Part shown: positions 42,201 to 55,390 of the stretch, one piece after another
Layout of the letters: each line of letters starts with the position of its first letter
Position numbering within the stretch: the first letter of the stretch is position 1
Assembly: GCA_963823665.1 (NCBI GenBank)
Contig: CAWGMQ010000010.1
Location: 1,664,001 to 1,728,000 of the forward strand
Direction: 5' to 3'
Source: an uncultured Planctomycetota bacterium
GTDB taxonomy: Bacteria; Planctomycetota; Planctomycetia; Isosphaerales; Isosphaeraceae
DNA length: 64,000 nucleotides
Notes under the pieces: model-generated
Told to the model about the DNA's origin: nothing
Database searches by the model: none
What the model saw: the letters and a program-made list of their open reading frames with translations, nothing else
Made by a program: the position numbers and the translations under genes

Positions 42201-45200
42201 ATTGTAGATGGCGCCGCCCTGCGGGGCCGAGTCGCCCGAGAACGTGGAGTTGTTGACCGTCAAGGTGCCCGGCGCTTCGTTCTGGATGCCGCCGCCGGTG
42301 CCGGTCGCGATGCTCCCGGTAAGAGCGACGCCGCTGACGTCGAGCGTGCCGAAGTTGTCGACGGCACCGCCCGAGGCTGAACTGCCGCCCGAGAGCGTCA
42401 TTCCGCTGAGCGTGACGTTTGATCCGGCGCTCACCTTGACGATCTGGGTCGCACCACCGCCCGAAATGGTCAAGTTTGCGATGCCCGTGCCGTTGATTGC
42501 CTCGGGGGTCGTCGTGCCCGTGAAGACGAGTGGCCCGCCCACGAGTGTGATGGTTCGCGGGGATGAGAACACGTTCGCGCTGTCGAACGCCACGGTGTTC
42601 GGTGCGGGTTTCGCGAGATTCTCCGGATTGTCGTTGAAGCTGACGTTGGCCCACTCCACGGCGGAGATGATGCTGCCGTAGCCAATGGCGTCGACCGTGG
42701 TCGTCACGAGATACGAGGAGCTGGCCTCGTAGGCGCCGATGTCGACGTTGGGCCCGGCGTTCAAGCCCAGGGGCCCGCGTGCGGCCCCGCGCTCGTCGTA
42801 TGTGGGTACGTTCACGCCGGTGATGTTGTCGCTGCCGCCGTCGATGGCCGGGCTGCCGGTCAGCAAGGCGATGGTCTCGAGCGGCCCGCCGTTGTTGGCC
42901 AGTGCGCTCAGGTGCGGATTCGAGACGCCGACGAGGTTGCCGTTGACCCCGTTCGTCAGGACGCCGTTTGCACCCGTGCCGATCAAGTTGTAAGAGCTGT
43001 TCAAGGAGACGATGCCGGCCGAGAGGGGATAAATGTCGTCGGGCGTCGAGGTTCCCCGGACATTGGACGCGACGATCGTGTTGTAAATCGCGACGGCACC
43101 GCCGGCGATATCCAGGCCGCCGCCGTGGCCTCCTGCGGAGGCGGAGTTCTGGGCGATCGTGGCGTTGACCGCAGTGAGCGTGCCGCCCGCGCGTATAAAT
43201 GGCGCCGCCGGACGAGCCGCTGTTCTCGGCGATCGTGTCGTTTGTGAAACTGAGCTCGCCGGCGTTGTAGAGGGCGCCGCCGGAGCCGGTCGTGGCCTTG
43301 TTCAGGTCCAGCGTTGCGTCGGTCACCGTGCCCGACCCGGATGCCGAGTTGTAGAGGGCGCCGCCGGAGCTGCCGGTGTTGCTCGCGAGAGTGACGATCG
43401 TGATCGTCATGGCCCCGCCGTTCTGAATGCCGCCGCCGGTGCCCGTCGCTGTGTTGTGGGAGACGGTGACGGTGTTGAGCGAGAGCGATCCGAGGAGATT
43501 GTCAATGCCGCCGCCGGAACCCCCCGCAGTGTTACTGGTAACCGAGCTGCCGATGATGGTCAGGGCGCCTTGGTTGACATAAATACCGCCGCCTGACGTG
43601 CCGGCGCTGTTTCCGGAGAGCGAGCTGCTCGTGAACGCCACCGAGCCGCTCGAGTTATAGACGCCGCCTCCGGTCTTCGACGCGGAGTTATTCGCGATCG
43701 TCACATTGCTGATCTCGAGGTCTCCGTGATTCCAGATGCCTCCGCCGGAGCGGGCGGTGTTGCCCGTGAGCGCGCTGGCGCCATTGAGCGTCAGCTTGCC
43801 CACGACGTACACGCCGCCGCCCTGGTTCAGCGCGGCGTTGTCGGAGATGCTCGCAGCGGAGATGGAAAGCGTTCCCGTGGCAGCGATGCCACCGCCGTCG
43901 CTTGCGGAGTTTCCGGCGATGTTCCCGCCGTTCACCGTGAAGGTTCCGCCCGCGGCGATTGCGCCACCGGAGCCCCCGACTGCCTGGTTGCCCGTGAGCG
44001 TGCTGTCGGTGACCGTGAACGGCCCCTTGGTGCTGTCAATCGCCCCACCGTCGATGGCCATGTTGCCGCTGAATGTGCTGGCGCTGATACTGCCCTTGCC
44101 CTGGTTGTTGTAAACGGCGCCGCCCAAGCCCGTTCCGGTGGTTGCAACGTTGGTGCCGAAATTGGCAGAAGTGACCGCGAGCGTTCCCTGCGATTCGATG
44201 CCACCACCTTCCTGGGCCGTATTCGAGTCGAAGGAAGTCCCGGCGCCCACGACAAGCGAGGCGCCCTTCCCCGCGTAGACGGCGCCGCCGGCCTGTGCAG
44301 TGTTCTGGGAGAACTCGGTGCCGGCGATCGTTCCCTTGCCGGTGGAGTCGATGGCCCCGCCCAGGAAACCGGCGGTGTCAGCGGAAAAGGTACCGCCCGT
44401 GATGGTGAAGTTGCCGGTGCTGTTCACGCCGCCACCGCTATCGGTCGCGGAGTTGCCGGTGATGTCGGTATCCTGAAGCACCAGCGTGCCGGCGATCGTG
44501 ATGCCGCCACCGTTGGTTGCCGAGTTGCCGCTGACGACGCTTGACACGAGGGTGAGCGCGCCCTTCACGTCGATACCGCCGCCTGAGTCGGCGGTGTTGT
44601 TGGTGATCATGGCGCCTGAGAGAGTGAGCGCCTGCGCGGCATCATAGAGCCCGCCGCCGGCACCTGAGCCGGCTGGCCCTCCGGCACCGGATTTTTCGCC
44701 GGGGGAGCCGACGCCGACGACGCCTCCCTGGCCCCCGGTACCTCCATCGGAATCACTCATGTTGATGGCAGTGTTGTTGAATGTGACGCCGCCATTCAAT
44801 ATGTACATGCCGCCACCGGAGCCGGGGCCGCCCTTGCCGCCGTCGCCGCCGGCCCCGCCCTTGCCGGTGAACGTGTTGCCCGCCGAGGTGATTTCGACCC
44901 CGCCGAAGCCGCCTGTGCCACCGACGCCGCCCACGCCGCCGGGACCGTGGTTGGCGGAGAGGTTCGTGGAATTGAGGGTCACGCTGCCGGCAAAGAGGTA
45001 AATGCCGCCACCGGCTCCCACACCGCCGGCGCCGCCGACGCCACCCTTGCCGCCTGGAAACAAGAACGTGCCGCCGGTGCCGCCGAACCCGCCCTGACCA
45101 CCGGTGCCGCCCTGTGCATTATTTCCGGTGATCGTGCCGTTCGTGATGGACACTTTGCCGCCATCAACAAAGAGGCCGCCGCCCTGACCGGAGCCACCGG

Positions 45201-47652
45201 CGCCGCCCGTGCCACCCTGGCCGCCGGGTTCCTGGCGCCCGAAGTAGAAGAAGCCGTTGGGTGTCCCCGTTCCCCCGAGGCCGCCGGTGCCGCCCAGACC
45301 GCCGAGCCCGCCCTGTGCTTTGTTGCCGCTGATCACGTCATCGGCGAGCGTCAGTGTTCCCGCGGCCAGATAGATCGCTCCGCCCTGACCGATCCCGCCC
45401 GCGGTTCCGGGACCACCCGGCCCGCCGGTGACGGAAGCACCCAGGAAGCCCGTTGACCCGGTGGCGCCCTGGGCCTCGTTGCTTTCCATCGAAACCTTGG
45501 ACATCGACACCAGGCCGCCATCCATCAGGATGCCGCCGCCGACGCCTGACCCGGTCGGCAAGAGCAGTCCGCCCGCGTCTCGGGCCATTCCACCGCTGAT
45601 CGTGAGGTTCTGGAAGAACACAGTCAGATTGCTGAAGCCCCCTGGCAACATGCCGAGGATCTCGAAATCTCGGTTCTCACCACCCGCGGTGATGACGGAT
45701 TGCCCCTCGCCCATTCCCTGGACGTTGATCGTCTTGTTCGCCATTTGCGAGGTGTTCTGAAGAACGATCTGGCCCCCGCTGACGTCGTAGTTGGCGCTGT
45801 AGACCAGAAGCAGATTGTTGATGGCATCTGCATTGGACCCAGCGGCGGCGAAGTCGTTGCGCACGCTCTGGTCGACCGGCAGCGGATAATAAACGCCGGT
45901 CCCGTTCGGAGCCGCCGGGGTTACCGTGACCGGGGTGGTGGTCAGGCTTGCGAACGGGTTCTTGCCCGCAAGGACGCTGATCTGGAAAACATAGGGAGTT
46001 GACGAGACAAGATTGAGCGTCAAGCCATCAAGCACGCCCATCCCGCCCGACATCTGAACCTTCACCGGAGCGAAGGTCGCGCCCGGAGGGCCGGAGACCA
46101 TGGAAATCGTCGCCGTCCCGCTGAAGCCGAACGCGAGATTGCCCTTGGCGTCCAGAGCCTCGACAACCGTGCCGAAGACACCGCCGGCCTGCACGCTTGA
46201 CGGAGGCTGGTACTCGATAGCCGCCGAAGTCGCCGCGCCGTAGTCGGCAAGGTCAGGGATCAGCTTGTTGCCGACCGGCGAGCCGCGGCCGGTCACCAGG
46301 TCATAGCCGGGGCCTGCGTTGTAAAAGTTATAGCCGACCGTTTCGTCGTGGAAGTCGCTCGCGGGGAGCGAATAGAGCGCGGGCAGGGTCTGGTTGGGCC
46401 CGTCAAGCGGCTCTAACCCGCCTTGCACGCGACCCTGATCGGCGATGGCGATTTCACCCGCCCAGGTTGGACTAGCAAGGCTCGTGCCTCCGACTGTACC
46501 CCAGGGCGTGCTTGATCCGAAATCGCTGGGATCGTAGACCGACACACCGGTGTCGACATCGGCGTCAGAGGAAACGTCGGGAACGGTCCGGAATCCTCCG
46601 CCGCCACTGAAGCCATCATCCTGCTGAAACACCGGCGTGGGGTAGACGGTGCTGATGCCGCCGCCGCTGGCCAAATCCGTGTCGAATGAATCGCTGCCGT
46701 AGCTCCAGCCGATTTCGTTCAGCCACTGGTTGCTCTTGGTGAGAGTCAGCGTTGTGCCGCCGACTGCGACGACGTCGGGCGAGAGTGAAGGATAGAGGGG
46801 CCCAGAGCCTTTGACGGTGGGGTTAGCGCCTTCGTCGCCGGTCGAAGCGAGAAAGGTGACATACGGGTTCGCGGCCAGCGCGGCCTGGAAGTAGGTTTGA
46901 TCGATGAACGTCTCGAGTGACCCGAAGCCGGCTTGTTCGTACTCGGCGCCGAAGCTCATCGAGACTACCGAAGCGCCCAGCTTGGTGACCGCGGTTTCGG
47001 CCGCCTGGAACAAGTCAAGGCCAGTAGGACCCTCCACAGCTTCGACAATATCGAGATTAGCGAGCGGAGCGATGGCGTGGGCCCATTCGATATCGAGAGC
47101 GATTTCCGTGCCCCAGCCGGACACCGGCGCCGGAAGCGTGGTTCCCCCGGTCTGGTTGTACATTCCGAATGAGGGTGGATCGGGCAGGCCGAACTCCTGG
47201 TCGAAAACCTGAAGTGCACTTCCGGCGAACTTGGGACCGGTCGGCTGGAAGCTCGTGTTGTTGCCGTAGTCGATGACCGCGATGGTTTGCCCCGCACCAT
47301 CCCCTTGAATTCCGCCGGGGAACTGAATGAGAGGGATTCCATAGGCCGTCTGCAACTGGATCGGTGTCAAGCCTGTAGGAGACGGCGCCTGGAGTGGGAC
47401 GATCCCGCCGCCGGGGCCTGTCCCGGGGAGACTGCCAGGACTGATCTGAATATCATGAAGCGCCGCCTCCTGGCGGGGCGTGAGCACCAGCTTGCCTTCG
47501 GGTGTCGTCGCCACCGGCCCGAAGGTCTGGTTGATCGGCATGGTCACCGATGATAGAACCAACCGGTTTTCGAGGTCCTCCAAAAGCGGGCGCGAAGCGC
47601 ATCGTGGCTTCTGGAGTCGATTGGAGCGGACTGATCGCTTGCGAGCGGACAT
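36201..47652 (-). CDS. Giant exported protein (~3800 aa): S53 sedolisin peptidase, Gly-rich segment, beta-helix (Pmp-like) repeats, repeated choice-of-anchor-Q-like modules and a Lys/Thr-rich tail; frameshifts ~43190, ~37395, ~36825
   Basis: LLEDLENRLVLS; EIALDIEWAHAIAP, ASTGDEG, GGTSLASP; GGAI.N.G.L...N.TF..N.A repeats; NNGGPTQTIALL.GSPAID...DQRG...DIGAYE x6; four consecutive ORFs continue one repeat pattern. Confidence 0.82.
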
Positions 47653-48305
47653 AGGTCGTTCTTCCTCGGTGCGGGGACCAGAAGCGCGGCCAAGGATCAC
47701 ACGGTGACCCAAGCTGCCCTGTCGAGCCGACGACGTCAATGAAAACGGGAATTCCTACTTACGATACGCATCCGTTACGATTTCAAACGCCCTGCAACGC
47801 GGCCAAGAGATCTCACGAGGACCGAACCCGAGCGAACGAATAACTCCGTCCGCAGAAGAGGATCAATACTACCAAACTGCGCAAAATGTGTGACTTACGC
47901 AGTCTGCCTTGCAGTTCGATCAAAATCAAGCCGATCGCCTGAGGACTCCTTCACAAAAAAGCCATCTGGCCGGATCAACCATCATGAACGTTGACCCGTC
48001 AGAGGTTTACGATGATTCGCCCTCTCTGAACTGCGTCCCTGACAATCTCCATACCATGCATGATATTTATCTCGCATCTATGCGATGCTCGCCCGGTCAA
48101 CCGCACAATCTTGGTCCGATTGACAGCGCGACCATTCGATTCCTTAGCGGACGCATGGGGCTCCTTCGATCCATCGCACTTGTGTGCAATCATCATGCAA
48201 TGGTCGCTCGCATCGTGTCAAGTGAGTGCTGGCGAAAGTGTGAATTTTCTTGAGGCCGCGACGGTCGTAGGCTTTTCTACCCAATCCGTGCGCCGCTGAG
48301 ACATC

Positions 48306-48327
48306 CGTAGGGTGGGTGCAACCCACC
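48306..48327 (+). repeat. GTAG-type REP
   Basis: cgtagggtgggtgcaacccacc, identical to the reverse complement of 26844-26865. Confidence 0.85.
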
Positions 48328-48544
48328 GGTAGCCATGTTAGCCCGAGGCGCCCCGCCAGACCCTGAAACGGTCGTCGCGGTGCGAGGAATCGATCGATCG
48401 CGCCGGATGATCGACGGGTTCGGTGAGTCGAAGCGGAACATCGCACGTGCTTCAAGTAAAGTGCCCGGATGACGCGAGACATTTCGCCACTGGACACGAG
48501 ACTGGCAGCGCACCTCCTGTGCGAGCCCATGAGAGGATACCAGG

Positions 48545-49516
48545 TCATCCTCCAAAATTCGACACCCTGGCTTCGTGACTCGATCGGTTCGCGTCATCCT
48601 CGGAGCGAGAAGCCGCGCCCGATGATTCGGTGCCAGGCAAGCTTTGCGTGGCGAAGGGACCGGGATTGGCGAAGAACCGGCGTCGATCTTCTTCGCTGGC
48701 GCAGAGGAACAACCGCCCGGCGTAAAGAATGCCCCAGCGCGGATCGCCGGGCGTTGTCTTTCCGCGCTCGAGCTGCGTCACGGGACACGCGCCGCCGTTC
48801 CAGGGCACGTAGCGATCCCGATTCTGGCGAAATCGTTCGCCCGCCGCCGGCGTCGCGAAGTAAAAGGCCTGGCCTTCGTGCTCGATTACGTGCTCGCTGT
48901 GGCCTTTCTTCAGCTTCCGCTCGTCGACCAGGCTCACCACGCAGTATCCGCTCGCGGCGAGCGTGCCGCCGCCGCCGGGCTCAGCCTTCTTGTCGCCACC
49001 GGGCGTTGCGTCTGCTTGTTCCTGCGAGCCGGCGGCCGGCGGTGCTGGCTCGGGTCTGGATGAAACCCGCGCATGGCAATCGCGCAGCAGTCCGTCGAGC
49101 TCTTGCGGACCCAGATACCCCTGATGAAAGCCGATGATGTCGCGGTTGGGCGCGACCACGACCGTCGCCGGAATCGCAGTGAGATTGAAGGCCGCGACGA
49201 GCTCTTCGTTGAGATCGGACCTGAGTTTGAGCGGCACGCACGATCGCTGCGCGTGCTCGACGATCGCGGGATGGGGAAACGAGTCGTTCTCCATCCGGGT
49301 GCAGTTCGGGCACCACGGGCCGGTGAACTGGATCCAGAGGAGCCGATTGGCGGCGCGGGCATCGTGCATCGCACCGGCGTAATCGTCGCGCCAGACGATT
49401 GTTGCTGGTTCGTCTGCGCAGGCGACTTGATGCGGGAAAAGAAGGCCGAGCACCCCGAGGGCAAGCGCGAAGCGAGATCGGGCCCGTTTGGGCCTTTTGG
49501 CATGCGAGTTCATCAA
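48545..49516 (-). CDS. Exported thioredoxin-family protein with two YHS-like domains
   Basis: Signal peptide; FTGPWCPNC; GYCVVSL...YF.T...F..N.DRY and GACPV...YAGRLFLC. Confidence 0.82.
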   Translation of the reverse strand: MMNSHAKRPKRARSRFALALGVLGLLFPHQVACADEPATIVWRDDYAGAMHDARAANRLLWIQFTGPWCPNCTRMENDSFPHPAIVEHAQRSCVPLKLRSDLNEELVAAFNLTAIPATVVVAPNRDIIGFHQGYLGPQELDGLLRDCHARVSSRPEPAPPAAGSQEQADATPGGDKKAEPGGGGTLAASGYCVVSLVDERKLKKGHSEHVIEHEGQAFYFATPAAGERFRQNRDRYVPWNGGACPVTQLERGKTTPGDPRWGILYAGRLFLCASEEDRRRFFANPGPFATQSLPGTESSGAASRSEDDANRSSHEARVSNFGG

Positions 49517-49752
49517 GCATCTCCGTCAGCGACGAGGTTCAGAGGCTGTCGTGAGTGAAGGCTCGCGGCGCTATGCCGCGTACTCCTTCCCTGGAGATGC
49601 CACCCGAGTTCACCGAGCGGGCCAGACCATTGGCAGTCGAACGAAAGTCGGTTTTTTCTCGACAGTCAAATCGGCCGGCGGTGGGCTCGCACTTGAACCG
49701 CGAGCGGCGCTCCGAAATGTCGCGGCCGGAAGAATCGCGACAAGCGGTTCCT

Positions 49753-50341
49753 TCAGCGAGATCGGCGCGAGTGGCGCAGCGCGAGGGGGGGCTTCAAGAC
49801 CTCTATCAAGATCGCGATCTCACGGAGCTTTTCCGGGGAACCGAGAATGGCGCGAGCGGACTGGGCGTCGAACGTCGAGGTTTTGGGGCGGACCGGGCGC
49901 GGCTCGAGGGACGCGCGAGTTCCCAGCGGAGTGAGCGTGGCGCTGAGCGATGACAGCGGGATCTCGAGGGGGACGATTTCGAGCGGGCGGTTGGCGGCCT
50001 GCGACATGCTCAGGCTGATCTGGCTGGAGAGCCGGCGGCCTCTTTCCGGCTCGGCGGTCTTGGCGGTGGTCGCGCCCGAAGTCGAGCGGCCCCGGCCGCC
50101 CCGCCGGGACGAGCTTCGCGATCCACGTGAGGATGTCGGGACCGGCGCAGCGGTCGCCGCCGCGCCGGGAAGTGATCGCGCGGCGCGGGAATCAGACTCG
50201 GGAAACCGGCTCGCCGACGGCGCGAGCCCACCCATGGGCCGGGCGCGGGGGCCTCGGCGGCAGGGGCTGCGTCTCGCGGCTCAGCAGCGAGGTCAGTGCC
50301 CAGAGGAGCAGGATTCCGAGCGAAATCAGGATCTGGAGCAT
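49753..50341 (-). CDS. YqfB-like hypothetical protein downstream of floA (frameshift ~50240)
   Basis: N-terminal TM MLQILISLGILLLWALTSLL; C-terminal LREIAILIEVLKPPLALR motif in ORF 49753..50235. Confidence 0.55.
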
Positions 50342-50436
50342 GGTGTCGCTTTCGGGGGGGCGGGAAGGGATCGTTCGCGTGGGTGCAGGCGAGTTGACGC
50401 ACTTTCGCAGAGCGAAAGGCGACTATTCGGCCCGCT

Positions 50437-51504
50437 CTAGCCGGGTACCTGTGCGTTCTCGCGGCGTGCGTTGCCGGTTCCGGCGATCGAGTTTCGCATT
50501 TCGGTGTCGGCTTGAACGTTGCGAAGATTGTAATAGTCGACGATGCCGAGATGTCCCTTCCGGAAGGCCTCGGCAATGGCCATGGGGATTTCGGCTTCGG
50601 CTTCGACGACCTTGGCGCGGTTTTCCTGGACGGCGGCTTGCATTTCCTGTTCTCTCGCCACGGCGAAAGCACGCCGCTCCTCGGCCTTGGCGCGGGCGAC
50701 GCGGGTGTCGGCTTCGGCCTGGAGGGCTTGAAGGTTGGCGCCGATGTTATCGCCGACGTCGATATCGGCGATGTCGATCGAGAGGATCTCGTACGCGGTT
50801 CCGGCGTCGAGGCCTTTTTCGAGCACACGCTTGGAAATCGACTCGGGCCGCTCGAGCACCTGGAGGTGCGTTTCGGCCGACCCGATCGCGTTCACGATGC
50901 CTTCGCCCACGCGGGCGATGATCGTCTCATCGGTGGCGCCGCCGACTAAGCGGTCAAGGTTGGTCCGCACGGTCACCTTGGCTTTGACCTTCAACTGAAT
51001 GCCGTTCTTGGCAACGCCGTCGATTGTCTGGCGGCCGGATGCGGGATCGGGGCAGGGGATGACCTTGGGGTTCACGCTCGTCTGCACGGCCTCGAGGACG
51101 TTGCGGCCGGCCAGGTCGATGGCGGCGGCTCGCTTGTAGGAGAGCGGGATATCCGCGCGGTTGGCGGCGATCAGCGCGCGGACGACGTTGGGCACGTTGC
51201 CTCCGGCCAGGTAGTGGGCCTCGAGTGCCCGGGTCGTCATCCCGTCCTTCTCGGACAGACCGGCCTGGTAGGCCATGATCTTGGAGCGGACCATGATGTT
51301 GGGATTGACCTTGCGGAACGACATGCCGACCAGCTCCCAGATCGTCACGTTGGCCTGGGTCATCTTGGCCTGGATCCACAGCTTGAAATACTTGGCGAGG
51401 AAGATGCTGACGATCAAGGCGAAGCCGCCAATGGCGATGATCAGCAGCCAGATATAGGTTTGCCACGGGTTCGTGGGCAGTTGCGCGAAGAGCACGGTGG
51501 TCAT
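50437..51504 (-). CDS. floA: Flotillin-like protein FloA (UPF0365 / YqfA)
   Basis: [22 protein letters not shown]....[45 protein letters not shown]. Confidence 0.95.
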   Translation of the reverse strand: MTTVLFAQLPTNPWQTYIWLLIIAIGGFALIVSIFLAKYFKLWIQAKMTQANVTIWELVGMSFRKVNPNIMVRSKIMAYQAGLSEKDGMTTRALEAHYLAGGNVPNVVRALIAANRADIPLSYKRAAAIDLAGRNVLEAVQTSVNPKVIPCPDPASGRQTIDGVAKNGIQLKVKAKVTVRTNLDRLVGGATDETIIARVGEGIVNAIGSAETHLQVLERPESISKRVLEKGLDAGTAYEILSIDIADIDVGDNIGANLQALQAEADTRVARAKAEERRAFAVAREQEMQAAVQENRAKVVEAEAEIPMAIAEAFRKGHLGIVDYYNLRNVQADTEMRNSIAGTGNARRENAQVPG

Positions 51505-51526
51505 GGTGTTTCCTTTGAAGTTGTGA

Positions 51527-53729
51527 TCAACTACCGATTTTCTTGACGACGACCCGCGGCCCCTGCACGTCGACGACTTCAATCAAGGTGTCGGGCTCGA
51601 CGAAGCGGTCGCCTGCGGTGACGTCCAGGAGCAAGCTGCCGAAGCGTGCCTTGCCGGTGGGTCGTAGAGCAGTGGTCGTGCGCCCGGTTTCACCGATCAA
51701 GAAAGCGAAGGAATCGAAGCCGTCGGCCGAATGTCTGCTCTCTGTGTCTTCGACTTCGACCGCTGTCCAGGGCTCGGGCTTCAAGATCAGGCGGTTGAAC
51801 AGTGGCAGCGACGGGAAGTACCGTGCCAGCCCGACCGCAGCGCACCCGACGGCGATCAGCACGCCGGTCAATTGCAGGAGCGTGTGGCCGAACTCCTGGT
51901 ATTCGTAATCTTCTCTGGGCCAGATGAACGTGTGGCTGGCCAGGACGATGCTGCAGAGCATGAGCAGGATTCCGCTCATTCCGAAGACGCCGAAGCCCGG
52001 AAACACGAAGATCTCGAGTGCGATGCAGACCAGGCCGATCAGGAAGAGAATGATCTCTAGCTGGTCGGCCGTTCCGCTCAAGTAATGGCTGCCGAAGAAG
52101 AGCAGAAACGCGACGGCCGAGATGATCGCCGGCAGGCCGATACCGGGCAATTTCAGCTCGACCACGAGCATCACCGCGCCGATGAAAAGCAGCATCCAGC
52201 TCACGTACGGATTGGTGAGCACCGTCACCAGCCAGTCGACCCACCCTGCCCCTTCGACCCGCATGGTGCGCGGGACGGCGTAGAGGTCCTTGAGCTCGTC
52301 GCCGCCGGAGACCACGTGCCCCAGACCGAACGAGGCGGCATCATCGGCGCCCAGAGTGAGAACGGATCCGGGGGCTTTACGGGTTTCGAGGATCCGGAAT
52401 CGATCTCGCGCGGCCAGGGCCTCGGCGCGGAGGATCAACCGGCTCGCGCCGGTCTGGGCGTCGCTGGCCTCGACGATTTCGGCTTCCGGATCGATCATGG
52501 CAATCGGCGACGGCTTGCGGATGCCCTTTGGCCTGGGCCCACAGAGCGGCCTTCTTGGCCAGCCCGGCGCGGGTGGTCGCGCTCAGGTCGTGCAGCATGC
52601 CGTTCCGCCCGCTCACGGTCTGGCGGATATCGCCCATGGTCGCGCCCTTCTTGAGGACGATGTCGCGGCAGGCCAGCGGCAGAAGCGCGGCCACACCCAG
52701 GGCCCGTTCATTGATGTAGGCGACGGTCTTCATGTCCTTGATCTCGGCGAGGATGTCGCCCATCCGGTCACCGGCTGCCTCGGTTCCCCCCGGGCTGTCG
52801 ATTTCGAGGATGAACAGGTTCTTTTTCTGCTGCCGGGCGTCCTCGAGCTTTCGCGACAGGAACGACACCGAGACGCTGTCGAGCAGTCCTTCGAGCTTGA
52901 TCCATTCAGGGCGGACGCTCTGGCCCAGTGTCGGGTCGTCGACCGACGACCGCCCCCCCAGTTGGTACATGTTCGCCAGCTCGGCGGGGCTCTCGGCGGT
53001 GCGCTTGCAGAACCCTTCCGCCCGCGCGCGCTCTGCGGTCAGGATGCCGCGGGCACCGGCGTCCCAGGCGGCTTTGTCTTCGGTGACGTTGTGGGTCTTC
53101 AAGAATTCTTGCATGTTTTCCGCAAGAACGTAGTGCACGGCGCGATCGGCAGTACGCACCACATGGAGGTCCGCGTCGCGGTCGAGCATGCCCAGGAGCA
53201 GGTCGGGCTCGCGCGTCTTGCGAATCGCCAGAAACCGAATCGGTTCCCGGTGGGCGGGGTCGAACGCACGGTCCTCGGGTGTGATCGGGCCCAGCGAGGC
53301 CGATGCCCCCATCACGATCTCGGTGCAGGCGACCGCGGGCAGCACGACGAAACCCTTGAGCGGCTTTGGCACGTAGGCCACCGTGAGCTTCGCGCCGGCC
53401 AGGTCGCGTGAGATCAAGCTCGCCAGGTCGTATGACGACCCGAACTCGCTGCTCCCAGGCGCCGTGTCGCCGGGGAGGAACTCGAACACAAGAACCGGTC
53501 GCGCCGCCTTGCCCGACGCCGCGGCCCGATCGACAAGCTGCCGCGAGGCCGCTCGAACCCTGGTGAGCGTATCGTTCGTGATCGGCTCCACGATCTGAAA
53601 GAACTGGCCGGGGGCGTCGTCGGCGCTTGCCGCTTCCTGGGCACGTGCGACCAGTGAAGCCGGCGCCGCAAGCACGGTCACGCAGAGCCACACTGCGACG
53701 TGGCGCGGCACAAGAACTGGGCGGAACAT
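51527..53729 (-). CDS. nfeD: NfeD-family membrane protease-like protein (YqeZ-type); frameshift ~52500
   Basis: [38 protein letters not shown]-terminal OB fold [12 protein letters not shown]; upstream of floA. Confidence 0.85.
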
Positions 53730-53970
53730 GGCAGCCGGACTCCCTTCGAGAGTCGGACGCGCCTCTTTGGCCTCGTTTTCCGGCACAACGATACAAGCGT
53801 TGCAATCAGGGCTGATTCGCGTGAAGTCCTTAATAGGAGTCAATCACACTCGTTTGCCGTTCACAAGAGAGCGCGAACTGAATCCATCAAGTCGCTCATG
53901 ATCCTGATTATAGACGGGCCGCCGGAAGGGGTCAAACATGGCGCACGGGCTGGATCAGTACCAGCGAAAT

Positions 53971-54945
53971 TCATTGGCGATCGATCGGCTCCCGACCGGG
54001 AACGGTGCGCTGTGCCGCTTTGGGATCCCCCGGCCGGCGAGCACGCTTGGCGCTAGCGCCCGTCGGATCATCGCGCAGGGGATTGATCTCGGTTGTCCAC
54101 CCGCTAACCTTGCTCATCTTCACCCCGATGAAGTACTTCTCGCTGATGCCCTCCTTGTTGTTGGCACTGAACTTGGACAACCAGAAGTCTTGCCGCTTCA
54201 CCCGGTCGGGCGAAATGAGCGTGATCTGTGCAGGCAGCAGGAACTTGCGGTCGAGCTTGACCCACGCCGTGCTGAAGACGTCTTGATCTTCCTTGAGTCG
54301 CGGGGTCACCACGACGAGGGAGTACTTCTCGTCCTGACCTCGCAACACCATGTGGTATCTCTGTTTGGCATCTCCGGCACGCATCCGGAACAGGAACGGC
54401 AGCGGCCCCTCATCGAGCACCTTTTTGCGCATGGTGTTGTCGAGCGTCCAGATCACGAGGTTCTTCACGTCGGATCGGTAGTCCCATACTTCCTTCCCGG
54501 TGCACAGAATCGTCTCGAACGGGTCCGAGAGAGGCTTCCCGTTCTTGTCCTTCTGCACAACCATCACGCGCTTGTTCTTCACTTTCGGATCGGCCTGCGC
54601 CGACATCTTGACCTTACGGTAGTCGACGTACGCCAGATCGGGGTTCTTGAACGCGGCATGTCCCGTGAAATGGACCTCATCGCCCCACTCTGCGTCGCGG
54701 TCGATCCGGTAAATATCGACCTCGAGTGTCTCGAGTTTCCTGCTCTGCAATTCCCACTGGCCGAGCAATGCATCCATCGCCTCGGGCGGAAACGCCTGCG
54801 CCTGCTGGACTTGCCCGGGCGCCGCCTGAGCCGCTCTCGCCTGCTTGGCCGGAGCCTGCCCGCGATCCTGGGCTCGAGCCGCTTGGTAATTTATAGCCAG
54901 CACGGCGACCGACACGACAGCGAAGAGCATTTGACGACGCGGCAT
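53971..54945 (-). CDS. Planctomycete TIGR03009-type LolA-like exported protein
   Basis: Signal peptide; LLGQWE...L..L.V...R.D; ETILCTGKEVWDY; EGPLPFLFRM.A..AKQRY; W..LD...LLP. Confidence 0.75.
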   Translation of the reverse strand: MPRRQMLFAVVSVAVLAINYQAARAQDRGQAPAKQARAAQAAPGQVQQAQAFPPEAMDALLGQWELQSRKLETLEVDIYRIDRDAEWGDEVHFTGHAAFKNPDLAYVDYRKVKMSAQADPKVKNKRVMVVQKDKNGKPLSDPFETILCTGKEVWDYRSDVKNLVIWTLDNTMRKKVLDEGPLPFLFRMRAGDAKQRYHMVLRGQDEKYSLVVVTPRLKEDQDVFSTAWVKLDRKFLLPAQITLISPDRVKRQDFWLSKFSANNKEGISEKYFIGVKMSKVSGWTTEINPLRDDPTGASAKRARRPGDPKAAQRTVPGREPIDRQ

Positions 54946-55358
54946 GGGCAATCGCCCTCCATGCACCGGCCCCGGGCGCACCGGCAAACGTATCGACGAA
55001 CTGATTCGACCAACCACCGCGGATGTTCCATCAACCCGCAGAGAATAGAGACCGGGGAACCTACCACAACTGCCAAAGAACCACCAGTGCAGCCGGCGGG
55101 CCGAGCCCGGTCCTCCGATCGCCAATGCGTCTCCTCGTCCTCCGCCCGCCGTCCTGCGTTTCACGCCCTCCATCGCCCCGAGTTCGTTTTGTATATTCGA
55201 CGCGCGTCCTTGTCCCATAACGATTAAGGGAACGAATCCCAGGAATTCCTCGCGCCCTTGTGAGCGAGGTACCGCCGCGGCATGAGCATCCCTCCCGCTC
55301 TTGTTGGGAGCTGCCGCCGCAGGCGTCGGACGGGGGTCGCGCGCAGGTAGGCCGCAGC

Positions 55359-55390
55359 CAACTGACAACCGACAACTGACAACTGACAAC
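55359..55390. repeat. Heptamer tandem repeat (CAACTGA)n
   Basis: caactga caaccga caactga caactga caac. Confidence 0.85.

Noticed and set aside
47700..48500. Riboswitch or gene upstream of the giant protein
   Set aside because: Only a weak hairpin (47876-47903) and a REP; no recognisable aptamer or credible ORF
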